64,000 bases of DNA from assembly GCA_913055735.1 (NCBI GenBank), contig CAJXKD010000002.1:472150-536149 (forward strand), read 5' to 3'. Positions 46,742 through 56,485 of the stretch are shown here, in pieces. The notes beneath the pieces are model-generated. The model saw only the letters and a program-made list of their open reading frames with translations, was not told where the DNA came from and searched no databases. The stretch comes from an uncultured Rhodospirillales bacterium (GTDB taxonomy: Bacteria > Pseudomonadota > Alphaproteobacteria > Rhodospirillales > UBA2165). The position numbers were made by a program, and so were the translations under genes. Numbering within the stretch: the stretch's first letter is position 1; every line of letters starts with the position of its first letter.

Positions 46742-47719
46742 TTACCCGGCCAATTGCGCGGTGAGCCTGCGAGCAAGGGCGCCGACCACCCGGCGGCGGT
46801 ACCAGGGTGCGACCGTGGTCGTCCGCATGGGCTTGGCCTGCTTACGCACGTTCTCGCGCAGGGCATCGAGGGCATCCTCGTCGAGGGGCTTGCCGATAGC
46901 GGTATCGGCGCCCTTGACCACCTGCGGGTAGGGGTTCACGCCGGTGAGCGCGATCTTGATGTTGGCGACCTTACCGCCGTCCATCACCAGGCGCACGGCG
47001 GCCCCCGCCAGCGGGAAATCGATGGAGCCCCGGATGCGGGCCTTCTCATAGGCCGACGGTTGCTCCGCGAGGGACTTCGGTAGATGTACCGCCGTCACCA
47101 GATCGCCCGGCTCGAGGGTCAGATGGTTGAGGCCGTCATTGCGGTAAAGCTCGGTCAGCGGCTGGCGGCGCAACTCTCCGTTTGCGCCCAGGATGTCGAT
47201 CTCCGCATCGTAGACCAGCATGGCCGGCGCGACGTCGCCCGAAAAGGCGGCGAAGCAGCGCTTGCCTCCCGGCGCCACGTGGCAAATCTCGCCGCGCTCC
47301 TTGAGGCAATAGTCGTTCGATTGCCGCCACCATTCGCTTTGGTTGTAGAACAGGCAGCGCGTATCGAGGCAAAGATTGCCGCCGACGGTGCCGTAGTCCT
47401 GGTGGGTGGGGCCGGCAACGGCGCGCGCGGCCTGGGCGACCGCCGGATAATCCCGTTGCACCAGCTCGTTCGTGGCGAGATCGCGGAGCGTCACGCCCGC
47501 GCCGATATGCAGGCCGTCCTCGTCCTCAGCGATCGATTTGATATCGTCGATAGCGGTGACGTCGATCAGTGCCTTGGGCTGTTCGATACCGCGCCGAACG
47601 TTGACCAGCATGTCGGTGCCGCCGGCCACGAACAGGGCATCCTCGGTGTCGGCACGCAACTTGGCCGCCTCGGCGGCGGTGGCCGGGCGATGGAGTTTGA
47701 AATCGGGCATGAACTCCAT
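46742..47719 (-). CDS. hcrB: Xanthine-dehydrogenase-family FAD-binding subunit with Cys-rich insertion (4-hydroxybenzoyl-CoA reductase beta-type)
   Basis: FAD_binding_5 motif (FVAGGTDMLV). Insertion CLDTRCLFYNQSEWWRQSNDYCLKERGEICHVAPGGKRCFAAFSGD carries four spaced Cys residues. Confidence 0.7.
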   Translation of the reverse strand: MEFMPDFKLHRPATAAEAAKLRADTEDALFVAGGTDMLVNVRRGIEQPKALIDVTAIDDIKSIAEDEDGLHIGAGVTLRDLATNELVQRDYPAVAQAARAVAGPTHQDYGTVGGNLCLDTRCLFYNQSEWWRQSNDYCLKERGEICHVAPGGKRCFAAFSGDVAPAMLVYDAEIDILGANGELRRQPLTELYRNDGLNHLTLEPGDLVTAVHLPKSLAEQPSAYEKARIRGSIDFPLAGAAVRLVMDGGKVANIKIALTGVNPYPQVVKGADTAIGKPLDEDALDALRENVRKQAKPMRTTTVAPWYRRRVVGALARRLTAQLAG

Positions 47720-50103
47720 CAGGCCATTTCCTCTTCTTCTTGGGCGGCGGCAACCCGTGCATCTGTTTCCTGTTTCTCGATCAACTCCATCAAGCGATCG
47801 GGCGTCACCGGCAGATCGATGGGCCGGACGCCGAGCGCGTTGGCGATGGCGTTGACATAGGCCGGGATGAACGCGGCGAGGGAGGTTTCTCCAGCCTCCT
47901 TGGCACCGAATGGCCCGTGCGGATCGACGCTTTCGACGATGTGCGTTTCGATGGGTGGGGATTCGACGATGGACGGCACCCGGTAGTCGAGCATGTTGCC
48001 GGTGATCGGCAGGCCGTTGTGGAAGCGCGTGCCTTCGCAGAAGGCCTGCCCCATGCCCATCCAGACGGAGCCCTGGATCTGCCCTTCAACCGACAGGGGA
48101 TTCAGCGCCCGGCCGACGTCCTGTGCGGCCCAGACACGCTCCACCGTCACTTCGGCGGTGTCGGGATCGATGCACACCTCCACCACCTCGGCGGCATAGG
48201 CATAGGCCATGGAGCCGCCGACGGCGCCGCCGCGGTACTTCTTGGTGCCGTGCGATTCGGGCAGGGTATCGAAATTGCCTTTCACGGTGATGGTACCGGT
48301 GCCCTCGAGAGCGGCCATCACCACTTCCTGGAAGCTAAGGCCTTTGTCCTGGCTGGCGGCACGATAGACCTCGCCCAGGCATTCGATGTCCTCGGGTTTG
48401 GCGTCTAGCTTGCGCGCCGCCGCTTCGATGAGCACGTTCTTCAAATTTTCGGCGGCCTGAATGGCGGCATTGCCGACCATGTAGGTGATCCGCGATGAAT
48501 AGGCGCCGTTGTCTTTGGGGACCAGCTTGCTGTCGCCGGTGTGGACGCGGAAACGCGACATATCGAGGCCGAGGGTTTCGGCAGCACATTGGGTAATGAC
48601 AGTCGACGAACCTTGGCCGATTTCGGGCGCCCCGGTGAGGAGCGTGATATTGCCGTCCCAGTCGAGCTTGAGGTTCACGGTGGCGTGGGGCTCGCCCGTC
48701 CAGTTCACCGGCTTCGAGGCGCCGCACGGATAGTGCGCGCAGCCGAGGCCCAGGCCACGCAGCTTGCCGTCCTTATCCCGGTTCTTGGGGCCCATCTTGG
48801 CAAGGCGCTTCTTCCAGCCGCTTTCCTTCTCGATCCAATCGAGGCATTCGCCGAGGCCGTAGCTGTTGATCAGCAGGTCATTGATGGTGGTTGTCGGCGC
48901 CTTCAACAGGTTCTTGCGGCGCACCTCGAAGGGATCGAGGCCCAATTCACCGGCCATCTCGTCCAGTAAGGATTCGAAGCCGTAGCGCACGTCGACCGTG
49001 CCGTGGCCGCGCATGGCGCCGGGCGGCGGCGTGTTGGTCAGAACACGCAGACCTTTGTAGCGGGCATGATCAAACTTGTAGATGCCATTGATCAGCGAGC
49101 CGGCATAGAGAATGGTGACGATGCCGTAGCCGCCATAGGCGCCGCCGCGCTGCGTCGCGGTGCAATCGACGGCGAGGATGGTGCCGTCCTTCTTCATGCC
49201 GATCTTCACCCGCACGTCGGTTTCGGGCCGGCCGCGATGGGTGATGAAGGTTTCCTCGCGGCTGACCACTAAACGCACCGTGCCTTCGGCCTTGCGGGCG
49301 AGGAGGGCAGCAATGAGTTCTACGTTCAAGCACTCGGTACGGCAGCCGAAGCCGCCGCCGATGTAGGGTTTGATTACCCGGATGCGTGACTGGTCCATCT
49401 TCAGGGTCTTGGCCAGCATGAGATGGACGTAGAACGGCACCTGGGTGGAGGCGCGCACTGTCATTTCGCCGCGTTCGGCATCGTATTCGGCGACGGCGGC
49501 GTGGGGCTCGGTCTGAACCTGGCAAATTTCGGCGCAGTTGTAGGTGCGCTCCATCACCAGATCGGCAGCCACCATGTTTTCATCGACCTCGCCGAGGTCG
49601 TAATCCACTTCGCGTTCCAGGTTGCCGGGACGGTCCTCGTGGATCAGCGCCGCGCCGGGCTCCATTGCCTCGGCGGCGGTGAAATAGGCAGGCAGTTCGT
49701 TGTAGTGGAAATCAATGAGATCGAGTGCCTTCTGCGCGGTCTCCACATCACGGGCGGCAACGGCGGCGACCGGTTCACCGCGATAGCGGACTTTGCCGCG
49801 GGCGAGGGGATACTCGTACCTGGCGATGGGTAGGACGCCGAAGCCTTCGTCACAGTCGTCGCCGGTAACGACGGAATAGACGCCGTCGAGAGCGAGCGCC
49901 TTCGACACGTCAACTTTGACGATCTCGGCATGGGCGACGGGACTGCGGAAGATGCGCCCGACATAATGGTCGTGCGGGATGTAGTCGGCGGTGTAGTCGG
50001 CCTTGCCCGAGACCTTCTCCGGGCCGTCGACCAACGGCATCGGAACGCCGATCATTTTTACTGGTTTATCAATGGGTTGCGGCGATTTCTTCATCTCGTT
50101 CAT
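47719..50103 (-). CDS. hcrA: Xanthine-dehydrogenase-family molybdopterin-binding large subunit (HcrA-type)
   Basis: 794 aa with aldehyde oxidase/XDH a/b-hammerhead and MoCo domains (GGGFG, GEPH..., FGAKEAGE). Confidence 0.75.
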   Translation of the reverse strand: MNEMKKSPQPIDKPVKMIGVPMPLVDGPEKVSGKADYTADYIPHDHYVGRIFRSPVAHAEIVKVDVSKALALDGVYSVVTGDDCDEGFGVLPIARYEYPLARGKVRYRGEPVAAVAARDVETAQKALDLIDFHYNELPAYFTAAEAMEPGAALIHEDRPGNLEREVDYDLGEVDENMVAADLVMERTYNCAEICQVQTEPHAAVAEYDAERGEMTVRASTQVPFYVHLMLAKTLKMDQSRIRVIKPYIGGGFGCRTECLNVELIAALLARKAEGTVRLVVSREETFITHRGRPETDVRVKIGMKKDGTILAVDCTATQRGGAYGGYGIVTILYAGSLINGIYKFDHARYKGLRVLTNTPPPGAMRGHGTVDVRYGFESLLDEMAGELGLDPFEVRRKNLLKAPTTTINDLLINSYGLGECLDWIEKESGWKKRLAKMGPKNRDKDGKLRGLGLGCAHYPCGASKPVNWTGEPHATVNLKLDWDGNITLLTGAPEIGQGSSTVITQCAAETLGLDMSRFRVHTGDSKLVPKDNGAYSSRITYMVGNAAIQAAENLKNVLIEAAARKLDAKPEDIECLGEVYRAASQDKGLSFQEVVMAALEGTGTITVKGNFDTLPESHGTKKYRGGAVGGSMAYAYAAEVVEVCIDPDTAEVTVERVWAAQDVGRALNPLSVEGQIQGSVWMGMGQAFCEGTRFHNGLPITGNMLDYRVPSIVESPPIETHIVESVDPHGPFGAKEAGETSLAAFIPAYVNAIANALGVRPIDLPVTPDRLMELIEKQETDARVAAAQEEEEMA

Positions 50104-50606
50104 GCCGCAGCTCCCGTCTTTTCATTCTTGAGTTCGGCAGCGGCGAATTGAACGGCTTCGATAATTTTGACATAGCCGGTGCAGCGGCAAATGTTGGCTG
50201 CCAGCCCTTGCCGGATATCGTCCTCGGTGGGATCGGGATTGTCGCGCAACAGGCCTTCGGCGGCCATGATCATGCCCGGCGTGCAGAAGCCGCATTGGGC
50301 GCCGAGCTTTTCGTTGAAACCCCGCTGCAGTGCGTTCAGACGGCCACTGCGATCCAGGGCTTCGATGGTTTCGATGTCGGTGCCGTTACACACGGCAGCG
50401 AGGGTGAGGCAGGCATGACGCGGACGCCCATCGACCAACACAGTGCAACAGCCACATTCGCCGCCGTCACAGCCGATCTTAGTACCGGTCAGTCCGATGT
50501 GCTCACGCAGATAGTCGACGAGCAACATGTTGTCCGGAACCACATCATCACGGCGTCGGCCGTTGACGGAGCAACTCACGATGGTGCGGTGGTCGGTGTC
50601 GGTCAT
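50100..50606 (-). CDS. hcrC: (2Fe-2S)-binding small subunit (HcrC/CoxS-type)
   Basis: Plant-type C-x4-C-x2-C (CDGGECGCC) and a second cluster motif (CGFCTPG...CRCTGY). Confidence 0.8.
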   Translation of the reverse strand: MTDTDHRTIVSCSVNGRRRDDVVPDNMLLVDYLREHIGLTGTKIGCDGGECGCCTVLVDGRPRHACLTLAAVCNGTDIETIEALDRSGRLNALQRGFNEKLGAQCGFCTPGMIMAAEGLLRDNPDPTEDDIRQGLAANICRCTGYVKIIEAVQFAAAELKNEKTGAAA

Positions 50607-50879
50607 CCGGTGGTCCTTGTCATTTTCGGTCCTGGCTCAGCCTTGGCCCAGATCTGCTTTTTTGGTGTGTGTATGTTGGCTTGGTATTGCTTTTGGCGGC
50701 CGCACTCGGTCCTATGGGCCGCTTCTTGTTGGCCTGTTCGCCTTCGCAAAAATGTTTGGTAGACGAACAGTTCGGTGGGCATCATATTCAGGTGTCGAAT
50801 TCGGGACAACAAGAATCGTTCTTAATTGTGTGAAAAACCCGGTTTTTGTGCGGTTTTTCGAGCCTAAGAAAAGGAAAAA

Positions 50880-51320
50880 ATGACCGAAAATTCCATGCCC
50901 TACCGCCATCACCGGATTGTTCGCTGGGGAGAATGCGATCCAGAGGGGGTGATCTATACCCCGCGCGCCTTCGACTATCTCATGGAAGCCATCGAATCCT
51001 GGCACGAAGAGATCCTTGGCGTCCGCTGGATCGACCTCAAGCACAAGCGCAACATGGGTTCACCCACCGTCCGCACCGAATGTGAGTTTCTGGACGTGCT
51101 GCGTGCCGGGATGGAGGTCGATGTGGTGGTCCGGGTCGCCAAGCTTGGCAACGCCTCTGTGACGTTCAACATCGAGGTCGTCGATGCGAGCGGCCACCAC
51201 TATTTGCGGTTCAGCCATGTCAGCTGCTACATCACATTGGATGGGTTCAAGTCGATGACCGCCCCCGATGATTTCCGGGAACGGATCGAAGCCTATCAGC
51301 GCGCGTGCGGCGACGCCTAA
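50880..51320 (+). CDS. Hotdog-fold acyl-CoA thioesterase (4HBT/YbgC-like)
   Basis: RWGECDPEGVIYTPRAFDY is a catalytic Asp region typical of 4HBT-class thioesterases. Confidence 0.75.
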   Translation: MTENSMPYRHHRIVRWGECDPEGVIYTPRAFDYLMEAIESWHEEILGVRWIDLKHKRNMGSPTVRTECEFLDVLRAGMEVDVVVRVAKLGNASVTFNIEVVDASGHHYLRFSHVSCYITLDGFKSMTAPDDFRERIEAYQRACGDA

Positions 51321-51337
51321 CGGGAGGAGGATGCAAT

Positions 51338-51793
51338 ATGTCAAAAGAAGAATTTCAGTCGCTCATTCAGGAAGTGACCGGGGTGATTGCCGGAAAGCCG
51401 GTGGATGGCGCCTTGGCTGACGAATTGAACAGCAAATTTCCCGCCGGCGGCGACACGCTTAATGCGATCCGCTCGGCGTGCGAAACGGGCGTTGCCGAAG
51501 GCTGGATGTGCGAGAATGAGCACGGCGGCATCAAATTCGGCCGCGTGATCAAGGATGTCGACGGATTCAGCGTCGACGTCGTTCACATGGACAACATCGT
51601 TGGGCCGCACCACCGCCATCCCAACGGCGAGATCGACCTGATCATGCCGATTTCGCCGGACGCCAAGTTCGACGGCCACGGCGCGGGCTGGATGGTCTAT
51701 GGCCCGGACACGGCGCACAAGCCCACGGTATCGGATGGCGAGGCCTACGTGCTGTATCTGCTCCCGGGCGGCGCGATAGAGTTCACCCGTTAG
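51338..51793 (+). CDS. DUF4863 family protein (4-hydroxylaminobenzoate lyase-like)
   Basis: ATG at 51338 after gggaggagg. HHRHPNGEIDLIMP is a metal-binding-like motif. Family recalled from memory, not searched. Confidence 0.55.
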   Translation: MSKEEFQSLIQEVTGVIAGKPVDGALADELNSKFPAGGDTLNAIRSACETGVAEGWMCENEHGGIKFGRVIKDVDGFSVDVVHMDNIVGPHHRHPNGEIDLIMPISPDAKFDGHGAGWMVYGPDTAHKPTVSDGEAYVLYLLPGGAIEFTR

Positions 51794-51811
51794 GGCTATC
51801 GGGATAGGCGA

Positions 51812-51851
51812 GGCAGGCGAGTAAGGCCCCTCCGGCCGACTTTCGCCTGCC
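51812..51851 (+). other. Extended GC-rich stem-loop (9-bp outer plus 4-bp inner stem) without U-tract
   Basis: ggcaggcga...tcgcctgcc with inner ggcc/ggcc, 19 nt after the stop at 51793. Confidence 0.35.
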
Positions 51852-51882
51852 GCATTCAGGTCTTAATTGCCAGAATATATTT

Positions 51883-51904
51883 GGCTCAAATCAGCCCATT
51901 ATTA
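51883..51904. repeat. Copy 4 of quasi-palindrome (ggctcaaatcagcc) plus attatt tail; near-identical to the copy at 60413
   Basis: 19 of 21 positions identical to 60413-60433 by hand alignment. Confidence 0.5.
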
Positions 51905-52077
51905 GCGTGCGCGTGGCCGTGGCGGCCGCAGCCTCCTCGAACAACCTGAACGAAAACATCGGTTAACGTTTCAGCGGTAAATTTACAAGCCGTCGTCGGC
52001 GGCTGTCACGGGCGGCGTCTCGAGATTTGGCCGTTGGCCCGGAATCGTAGCCGCATGGTATTTGCAGGTTGTTCCGA

Positions 52078-52632
52078 ATGCCGCATTTCGAGCCTCAGGG
52101 GAGGGAGTATCCGACGGGCGTGTTGTACTGGCTTACCGGGCTTGCCGGTGCCGGGAAAACCACCCTGGGACACCTTCTTTTCGAGGAAATCCGTACCCGC
52201 AGGCCGCAGTCAGTGTTTCTGGACGGCGACGTGCTGCGCAAAGTGTTCGATATCGAAGGGGGCACAAAGCCGGCCGAACGGCTGCAGCTTGCGATGCGCT
52301 ACGCGCGGCTTTGCCGTGATTTGACGGCGCAGGACATCGATGTCGTCTGCTGCACGATTTCTCTTTTTCCAGAAGTGTGGAACTGGAACCGGGAAAATAT
52401 CCCCAGCTATCGGGAAATCTACGTCCGTGTTCCGATGGACGTGCTGAAGCAGCGTGACAAGAAAGGCCTCTATTCGTCAGCCGAATCGGGGGAGGTCCAA
52501 AATGTCGTCGGTGTGGATCTGCCTTTTAACGAACCAGTCAATCCCGATCTAATCGTCGACAACGACGGAACCTCCGATCCGGCAACGGTCGTATCGGGGA
52601 TCGTCTCGGCTTTAGGAGCCTGTCGGCCATGA
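52078..52632 (+). CDS. APS-kinase-family P-loop kinase; predicted cytidine diphosphoramidate 3'-kinase (Cj1415-like)
   Basis: GLAGAGKTTLG P-loop and LDGD motif, ~185 aa. Translationally coupled to the three partner enzymes. Confidence 0.7.
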   Translation: MPHFEPQGREYPTGVLYWLTGLAGAGKTTLGHLLFEEIRTRRPQSVFLDGDVLRKVFDIEGGTKPAERLQLAMRYARLCRDLTAQDIDVVCCTISLFPEVWNWNRENIPSYREIYVRVPMDVLKQRDKKGLYSSAESGEVQNVVGVDLPFNEPVNPDLIVDNDGTSDPATVVSGIVSALGACRP

Positions 52633-55019
52633 ATTTCTTCCCGCCGGTATTCGGAACCAAGGCCGAAACCCTTGCCGCATTGGGGCGCCATACGCATGAC
52701 TTCCGGGTTCCGGACACGTATTTCTTTACGGTCTCGGATTGGACACGGGATTCCGCTGACATCATACGAACAATCGGCACGCGATTTGCCGACCGCGTCG
52801 CCGTGAGAAGCAGCGCGGTGTCGGAGGATGGCAATACCGCCTCGCTGGCGGGTAAATACGTCAGCCGTTTAAATATCAACGCGCAATGCCCGGATGACTG
52901 TACCGACGCCATCGAGTGTGTCATCGCGTCCTATGACGGAAACGCCAGCGATCAAATTTTGATCCAGGAAATGGTCGGAGACGTAGAGGTTGCCGGTGTC
53001 ATCATGTCCCACAATTTGGATGACGGCGCTCCGTACTACGTGTTCGGTTACGATGATGAGTCTGGGCGGACCGATGCTGTCACCGGCGGGTTCGGCGTGC
53101 ATAAAACTGTACTCGTTCATCATGAGGCTGATGAGCGCCATATACGGTCGGTTCGAATCCAAAAGATGCATGCGCTGATACGTAATCTGGAGACCGTCTT
53201 CGGCCGGCGCCCCATGGACGTGGAGTTTGCGATAGACCGGTCGGGCGTTGCCCATGTCTTTCAGGTCCGGCCGATAACCACGTCGGAGAAGTGGTCGGCG
53301 GCGACCACTCGTTGCGTCAACCGAGAGCTTCCTCGTATGGAAAGTATTCTCAAACGTTACGCGGCACGCCGGCCGGGTCTTGCCGGGAGAACAAACATCC
53401 TTGGCAATATGCCCGACTGGAATCCGGCGGAAATCATCGGCTCCTCACCGAGACCATTGGCAACATCGCTATATCGGCATCTTGTCACCAAGGATGTCTG
53501 GCACATAGCACGTGCCGCGATGGGGTACCGGAAGCTGCCGGGTGTAGAACTGCTGGTGGAGATGGCCGGCCGGCCCTTCATCGATGTCCGCGCCAGCTTT
53601 AACTCGTTCTTGCCGAACGCGACGGATGCGGGCACGGCGGAAAAGTTGGTGGACAGCTGGTTGTCGCGGCTCGACCGGCATCCGGAATTTCACGATAAGA
53701 TTGAGTTCGAAATTGCCAGCACGGCGTACGACTTTCTTTTCGAACAAAACCAATCTGAACGCTATCCCGGCGTTCTCTCCACGGAGGCGTTGGCGGCCTA
53801 TAGAAACGACCTAAAGGCCCTAACCGCACGCAACCTTGCCTTAGATCGCAAAAGTTTTCTCGGAACTGCCGAGCGTCAGCTGGAGACGTTGCGATCACGG
53901 CGAACGATTTACGAGAAAGAGAACAAAGCCGATCCTGTGAACCTCCTCGGTCAGGTGGTGCTGCTGTTGAACGATTGCCGCCGCCTCGGCACTCAACCTT
54001 TTGCCGTTATTGCGCGCCAGGCGTTTATTGCAGAGGCGCTATTGCGGTCCGCCGTGGCCCGTGGCGCCATTTGCGATAACCGGGTTCTGGAGCTCAAAAG
54101 ATCTATAAACACGGTTTCGCGTGATATCTCACGCGATCTGAATTCAGTGTGCAAAGGCGCGTTGGATAAGTCCGTGTTTTGGCTCAACTATGGCCATCTC
54201 CGACCGGGATCTTACGACATTACCTCGCCCCGATATTCGGATCGGAAGAATCTGTTTGAGAATGGCGTTACCGCCGCCGATGCGCCGGAGACGGGGCCGT
54301 TTGTTTTGAACCCAGCAGAGGCGAGGGGCCTCGATGGGCTGTTGAAAGAGTCAGGATTGGACCACCTCACCGCGGCACAGCTTATCGAGTATGCCGGACG
54401 GGCGATACGGGGGCGAGAATACGGTAAGCTGATCTTTACCTGGAATTTGTCCGCTGCATTGGAAAACATTGCCGAATGGGGGAAGCTTCTCGGTCTCAGC
54501 CGAGACGACGTCTCGTTTCTCCCGGTTGACGAAATTCTTTCAATGGGGCGTCCGAGTTCCCTCGAAGATCGGGCCAGAGCTTTTGTGGATCAGATAGCGG
54601 CGGCCCGTGAGGACTTTGCTGATTCTCATGCGGTGAAACTGGGATATTTGATCCGGGACGTACACGATCTTTATGTCCTGCCTGTCCACCGAAGTGCGCC
54701 GAATTTTGTTACCAGCAAGCGAACAGAGGGCCGCGTGGCTCATTTAGAAAACAGAACCTCGGCGGCGGCCGATTTACGCGGTGCAATTGCATGCATCGAA
54801 AATGCGGATCCAGGATTCGACTGGATTTTTGCAAAGGGTATTTCCGGCTTGATTACCAAATTCGGTGGAATGAATTCACACATGGCTGTTCGTTGCGCGG
54901 AATTTGGGTTGCCCGCCGCGATCGGGTGCGGTGAAGATTTGTTCGACCGGATCGTCGGCGGCCCGTCAGCCGTGCTGGATTGCGCAAATAAAACGCTCGT
55001 TTCGGCAGATGAATACTGA
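52629..55019 (+). CDS. PPDK/PEP-synthase-like ATP-grasp plus swivelling phosphohistidine-domain enzyme; predicted L-glutamine kinase (Cj1418-like)
   Basis: N-terminal PPDK_N-like region (VRSSAVSEDGNTASLAGKY) and C-terminal PEP-utilizer motif GGMNSHMAVRCAEFGLPA, 796 aa. Confidence 0.7.
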   Translation: MNFFPPVFGTKAETLAALGRHTHDFRVPDTYFFTVSDWTRDSADIIRTIGTRFADRVAVRSSAVSEDGNTASLAGKYVSRLNINAQCPDDCTDAIECVIASYDGNASDQILIQEMVGDVEVAGVIMSHNLDDGAPYYVFGYDDESGRTDAVTGGFGVHKTVLVHHEADERHIRSVRIQKMHALIRNLETVFGRRPMDVEFAIDRSGVAHVFQVRPITTSEKWSAATTRCVNRELPRMESILKRYAARRPGLAGRTNILGNMPDWNPAEIIGSSPRPLATSLYRHLVTKDVWHIARAAMGYRKLPGVELLVEMAGRPFIDVRASFNSFLPNATDAGTAEKLVDSWLSRLDRHPEFHDKIEFEIASTAYDFLFEQNQSERYPGVLSTEALAAYRNDLKALTARNLALDRKSFLGTAERQLETLRSRRTIYEKENKADPVNLLGQVVLLLNDCRRLGTQPFAVIARQAFIAEALLRSAVARGAICDNRVLELKRSINTVSRDISRDLNSVCKGALDKSVFWLNYGHLRPGSYDITSPRYSDRKNLFENGVTAADAPETGPFVLNPAEARGLDGLLKESGLDHLTAAQLIEYAGRAIRGREYGKLIFTWNLSAALENIAEWGKLLGLSRDDVSFLPVDEILSMGRPSSLEDRARAFVDQIAAAREDFADSHAVKLGYLIRDVHDLYVLPVHRSAPNFVTSKRTEGRVAHLENRTSAAADLRGAIACIENADPGFDWIFAKGISGLITKFGGMNSHMAVRCAEFGLPAAIGCGEDLFDRIVGGPSAVLDCANKTLVSADEY

Positions 55020-55671
55020 AGAAAACGGCCTTCGTATCGGCGTAACCATGCGTGTAGCTGAGGCCTCGTCCTATCGCGAGACGCGGGATCTCTTGGCGCG
55101 GGATTGGGGAAAGTTTCTCGCGGCCGCTCTGCCGTCAGTGCCGTGGATGCCGATTCCCAATCGGGAAAACGACGTTCATACCATCGTTCGCGATTGGGGC
55201 TTGAACGGCTTTATCCTTACAGGTGGCGATGACTGGGGAACAACACCGGTACGTGATCGGACGGAAGAGACAATTCTGCAGATTGCCGAAGAGAATTCGT
55301 TTCCCTTGCTGGGCGTTTGCCGTGGCCTGCAAGCGATGCAAATTCGTTCGGGTGGCCGACTTGCCGCATGTCCCTGCGACGCCCATGTCGCGACCCAACA
55401 CACCGTCAGATTTGTTCGCCCGGTGGGCGGCTCCCGTTTCGGCGATGGTGAAATGACCGTCAACTCGTTCCATGCCAATGGCATTCTGGAAGGGGAATTG
55501 GCCGACGACCTTGAAGCCATTGCAATAAGTGCAGACGGATTTATCGAGGCTGCCTCCCACGGGAGATATCCCCAGCTGGGCGTCATGTGGCACCCGGAAC
55601 GAGCGCGAGCCTTTCACCCAACAGACGTCGGGCTGTTGCGCTCCTTGTTCGGTTTTAAAGAAACGCCATGA
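55009..55671 (+). CDS. Class I glutamine-amidotransferase-like hydrolase; predicted gamma-glutamyl-CDP-amidate hydrolase (Cj1417-like)
   Basis: Nucleophile elbow GVCRGLQ and a later MWHPE (His-Glu of the triad). Overlaps both neighbours. Confidence 0.7.
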   Translation: MNTEENGLRIGVTMRVAEASSYRETRDLLARDWGKFLAAALPSVPWMPIPNRENDVHTIVRDWGLNGFILTGGDDWGTTPVRDRTEETILQIAEENSFPLLGVCRGLQAMQIRSGGRLAACPCDAHVATQHTVRFVRPVGGSRFGDGEMTVNSFHANGILEGELADDLEAIAISADGFIEAASHGRYPQLGVMWHPERARAFHPTDVGLLRSLFGFKETP

Positions 55672-56423
55672 AGGGGATAATTCTTGCCGCGGGGCGAGGC
55701 AGCCGCATGGGGAGCGCGACCGATGACAGGCCCAAATGCTTTGCCAAGATAGACGGCCGCCGGCTCATCGACTGGCAAATTGCTGCACTTCGTGACGCGG
55801 CGCTCGACGACATCACAATCGTTGGCGGGTATCGACGGGAAATGCTTGCGCCATACGCGGATCAAGTTCTTGCGAACTGCCATTGGGCGGAGACCAACAT
55901 GGTCACCAGTTTGGTGTGTGCCGCCGACATTCTGCGAAGTCACGATTGCATCGTTTCGTATTCCGATATCCTTTACCACCCGGATATCGTACGCGCTCTC
56001 TCGGCGTCGAATGCGGATATCGCGATATCTTTCGATGAAGACTGGAGGTCGCTCTGGTCGGACCGTTTCACCGATCCGCGGAATGACGCCGAGGGTTTCG
56101 AGGCCAAAGACGGTTATCTCGTTTCAATCGGCGATCGGCCAGAAGACCTCGATGACGTTCGGGGGCAATATATGGGGCTTTTGAGAATTTCGCCGCGCGG
56201 TTGGCAAGAGATCGAGGGCTATTTGTCGACGCTCGACGGCGCGAGACGTGATTGTCTCGATATGACGGGGCTGCTCGCGGCCTTGTTGGATAAGGGCGTC
56301 GGAATTGAAACCATTGCCATTACGGGTAAATGGTGTGAAGTGGACAGCGCAGACGATTTGACCCTTTATCGCCATAGAATTTCGGAAGCGGCGGCGTGGT
56401 CCCATGATTGGCGGTGGAAGTAG
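55668..56423 (+). CDS. Nucleotidyltransferase (LicC-like); predicted CTP:phosphoglutamine cytidylyltransferase (Cj1416-like)
   Basis: GIILAAGRGSRMG...PKCF signature of sugar/small-molecule NTP transferases, 251 aa. Confidence 0.7.
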   Translation: MKGIILAAGRGSRMGSATDDRPKCFAKIDGRRLIDWQIAALRDAALDDITIVGGYRREMLAPYADQVLANCHWAETNMVTSLVCAADILRSHDCIVSYSDILYHPDIVRALSASNADIAISFDEDWRSLWSDRFTDPRNDAEGFEAKDGYLVSIGDRPEDLDDVRGQYMGLLRISPRGWQEIEGYLSTLDGARRDCLDMTGLLAALLDKGVGIETIAITGKWCEVDSADDLTLYRHRISEAAAWSHDWRWK

Positions 56424-56485
56424 GACGAGACGCGTGGCGGCTCATTCTCATGACAACTTAGATGAGTGAACCGCTCAGAGGCCGC

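Noticed and set aside
50660-50675. Sigma-54-like TGGC-N-TTGC element (tggcttggtattgct) in the hcrC / thioesterase spacer
   Set aside because: The GG-to-GC spacing is one nt shorter than the consensus, and the element lies about 200 nt from the nearest start, so it is not convincing.
52078-52632. Annotating the APS-kinase-like gene as cysC for sulfate assimilation, and the 796-aa gene as PEP synthase
   Set aside because: No ATP sulfurylase or PAPS reductase is nearby. The gene is translationally coupled to the PPDK-like, GATase-like and NTP-transferase genes, reproducing the Cj1415-Cj1418 set. A genuine sulfation role with the sulfotransferase-fold protein is kept as the alternative hypothesis.
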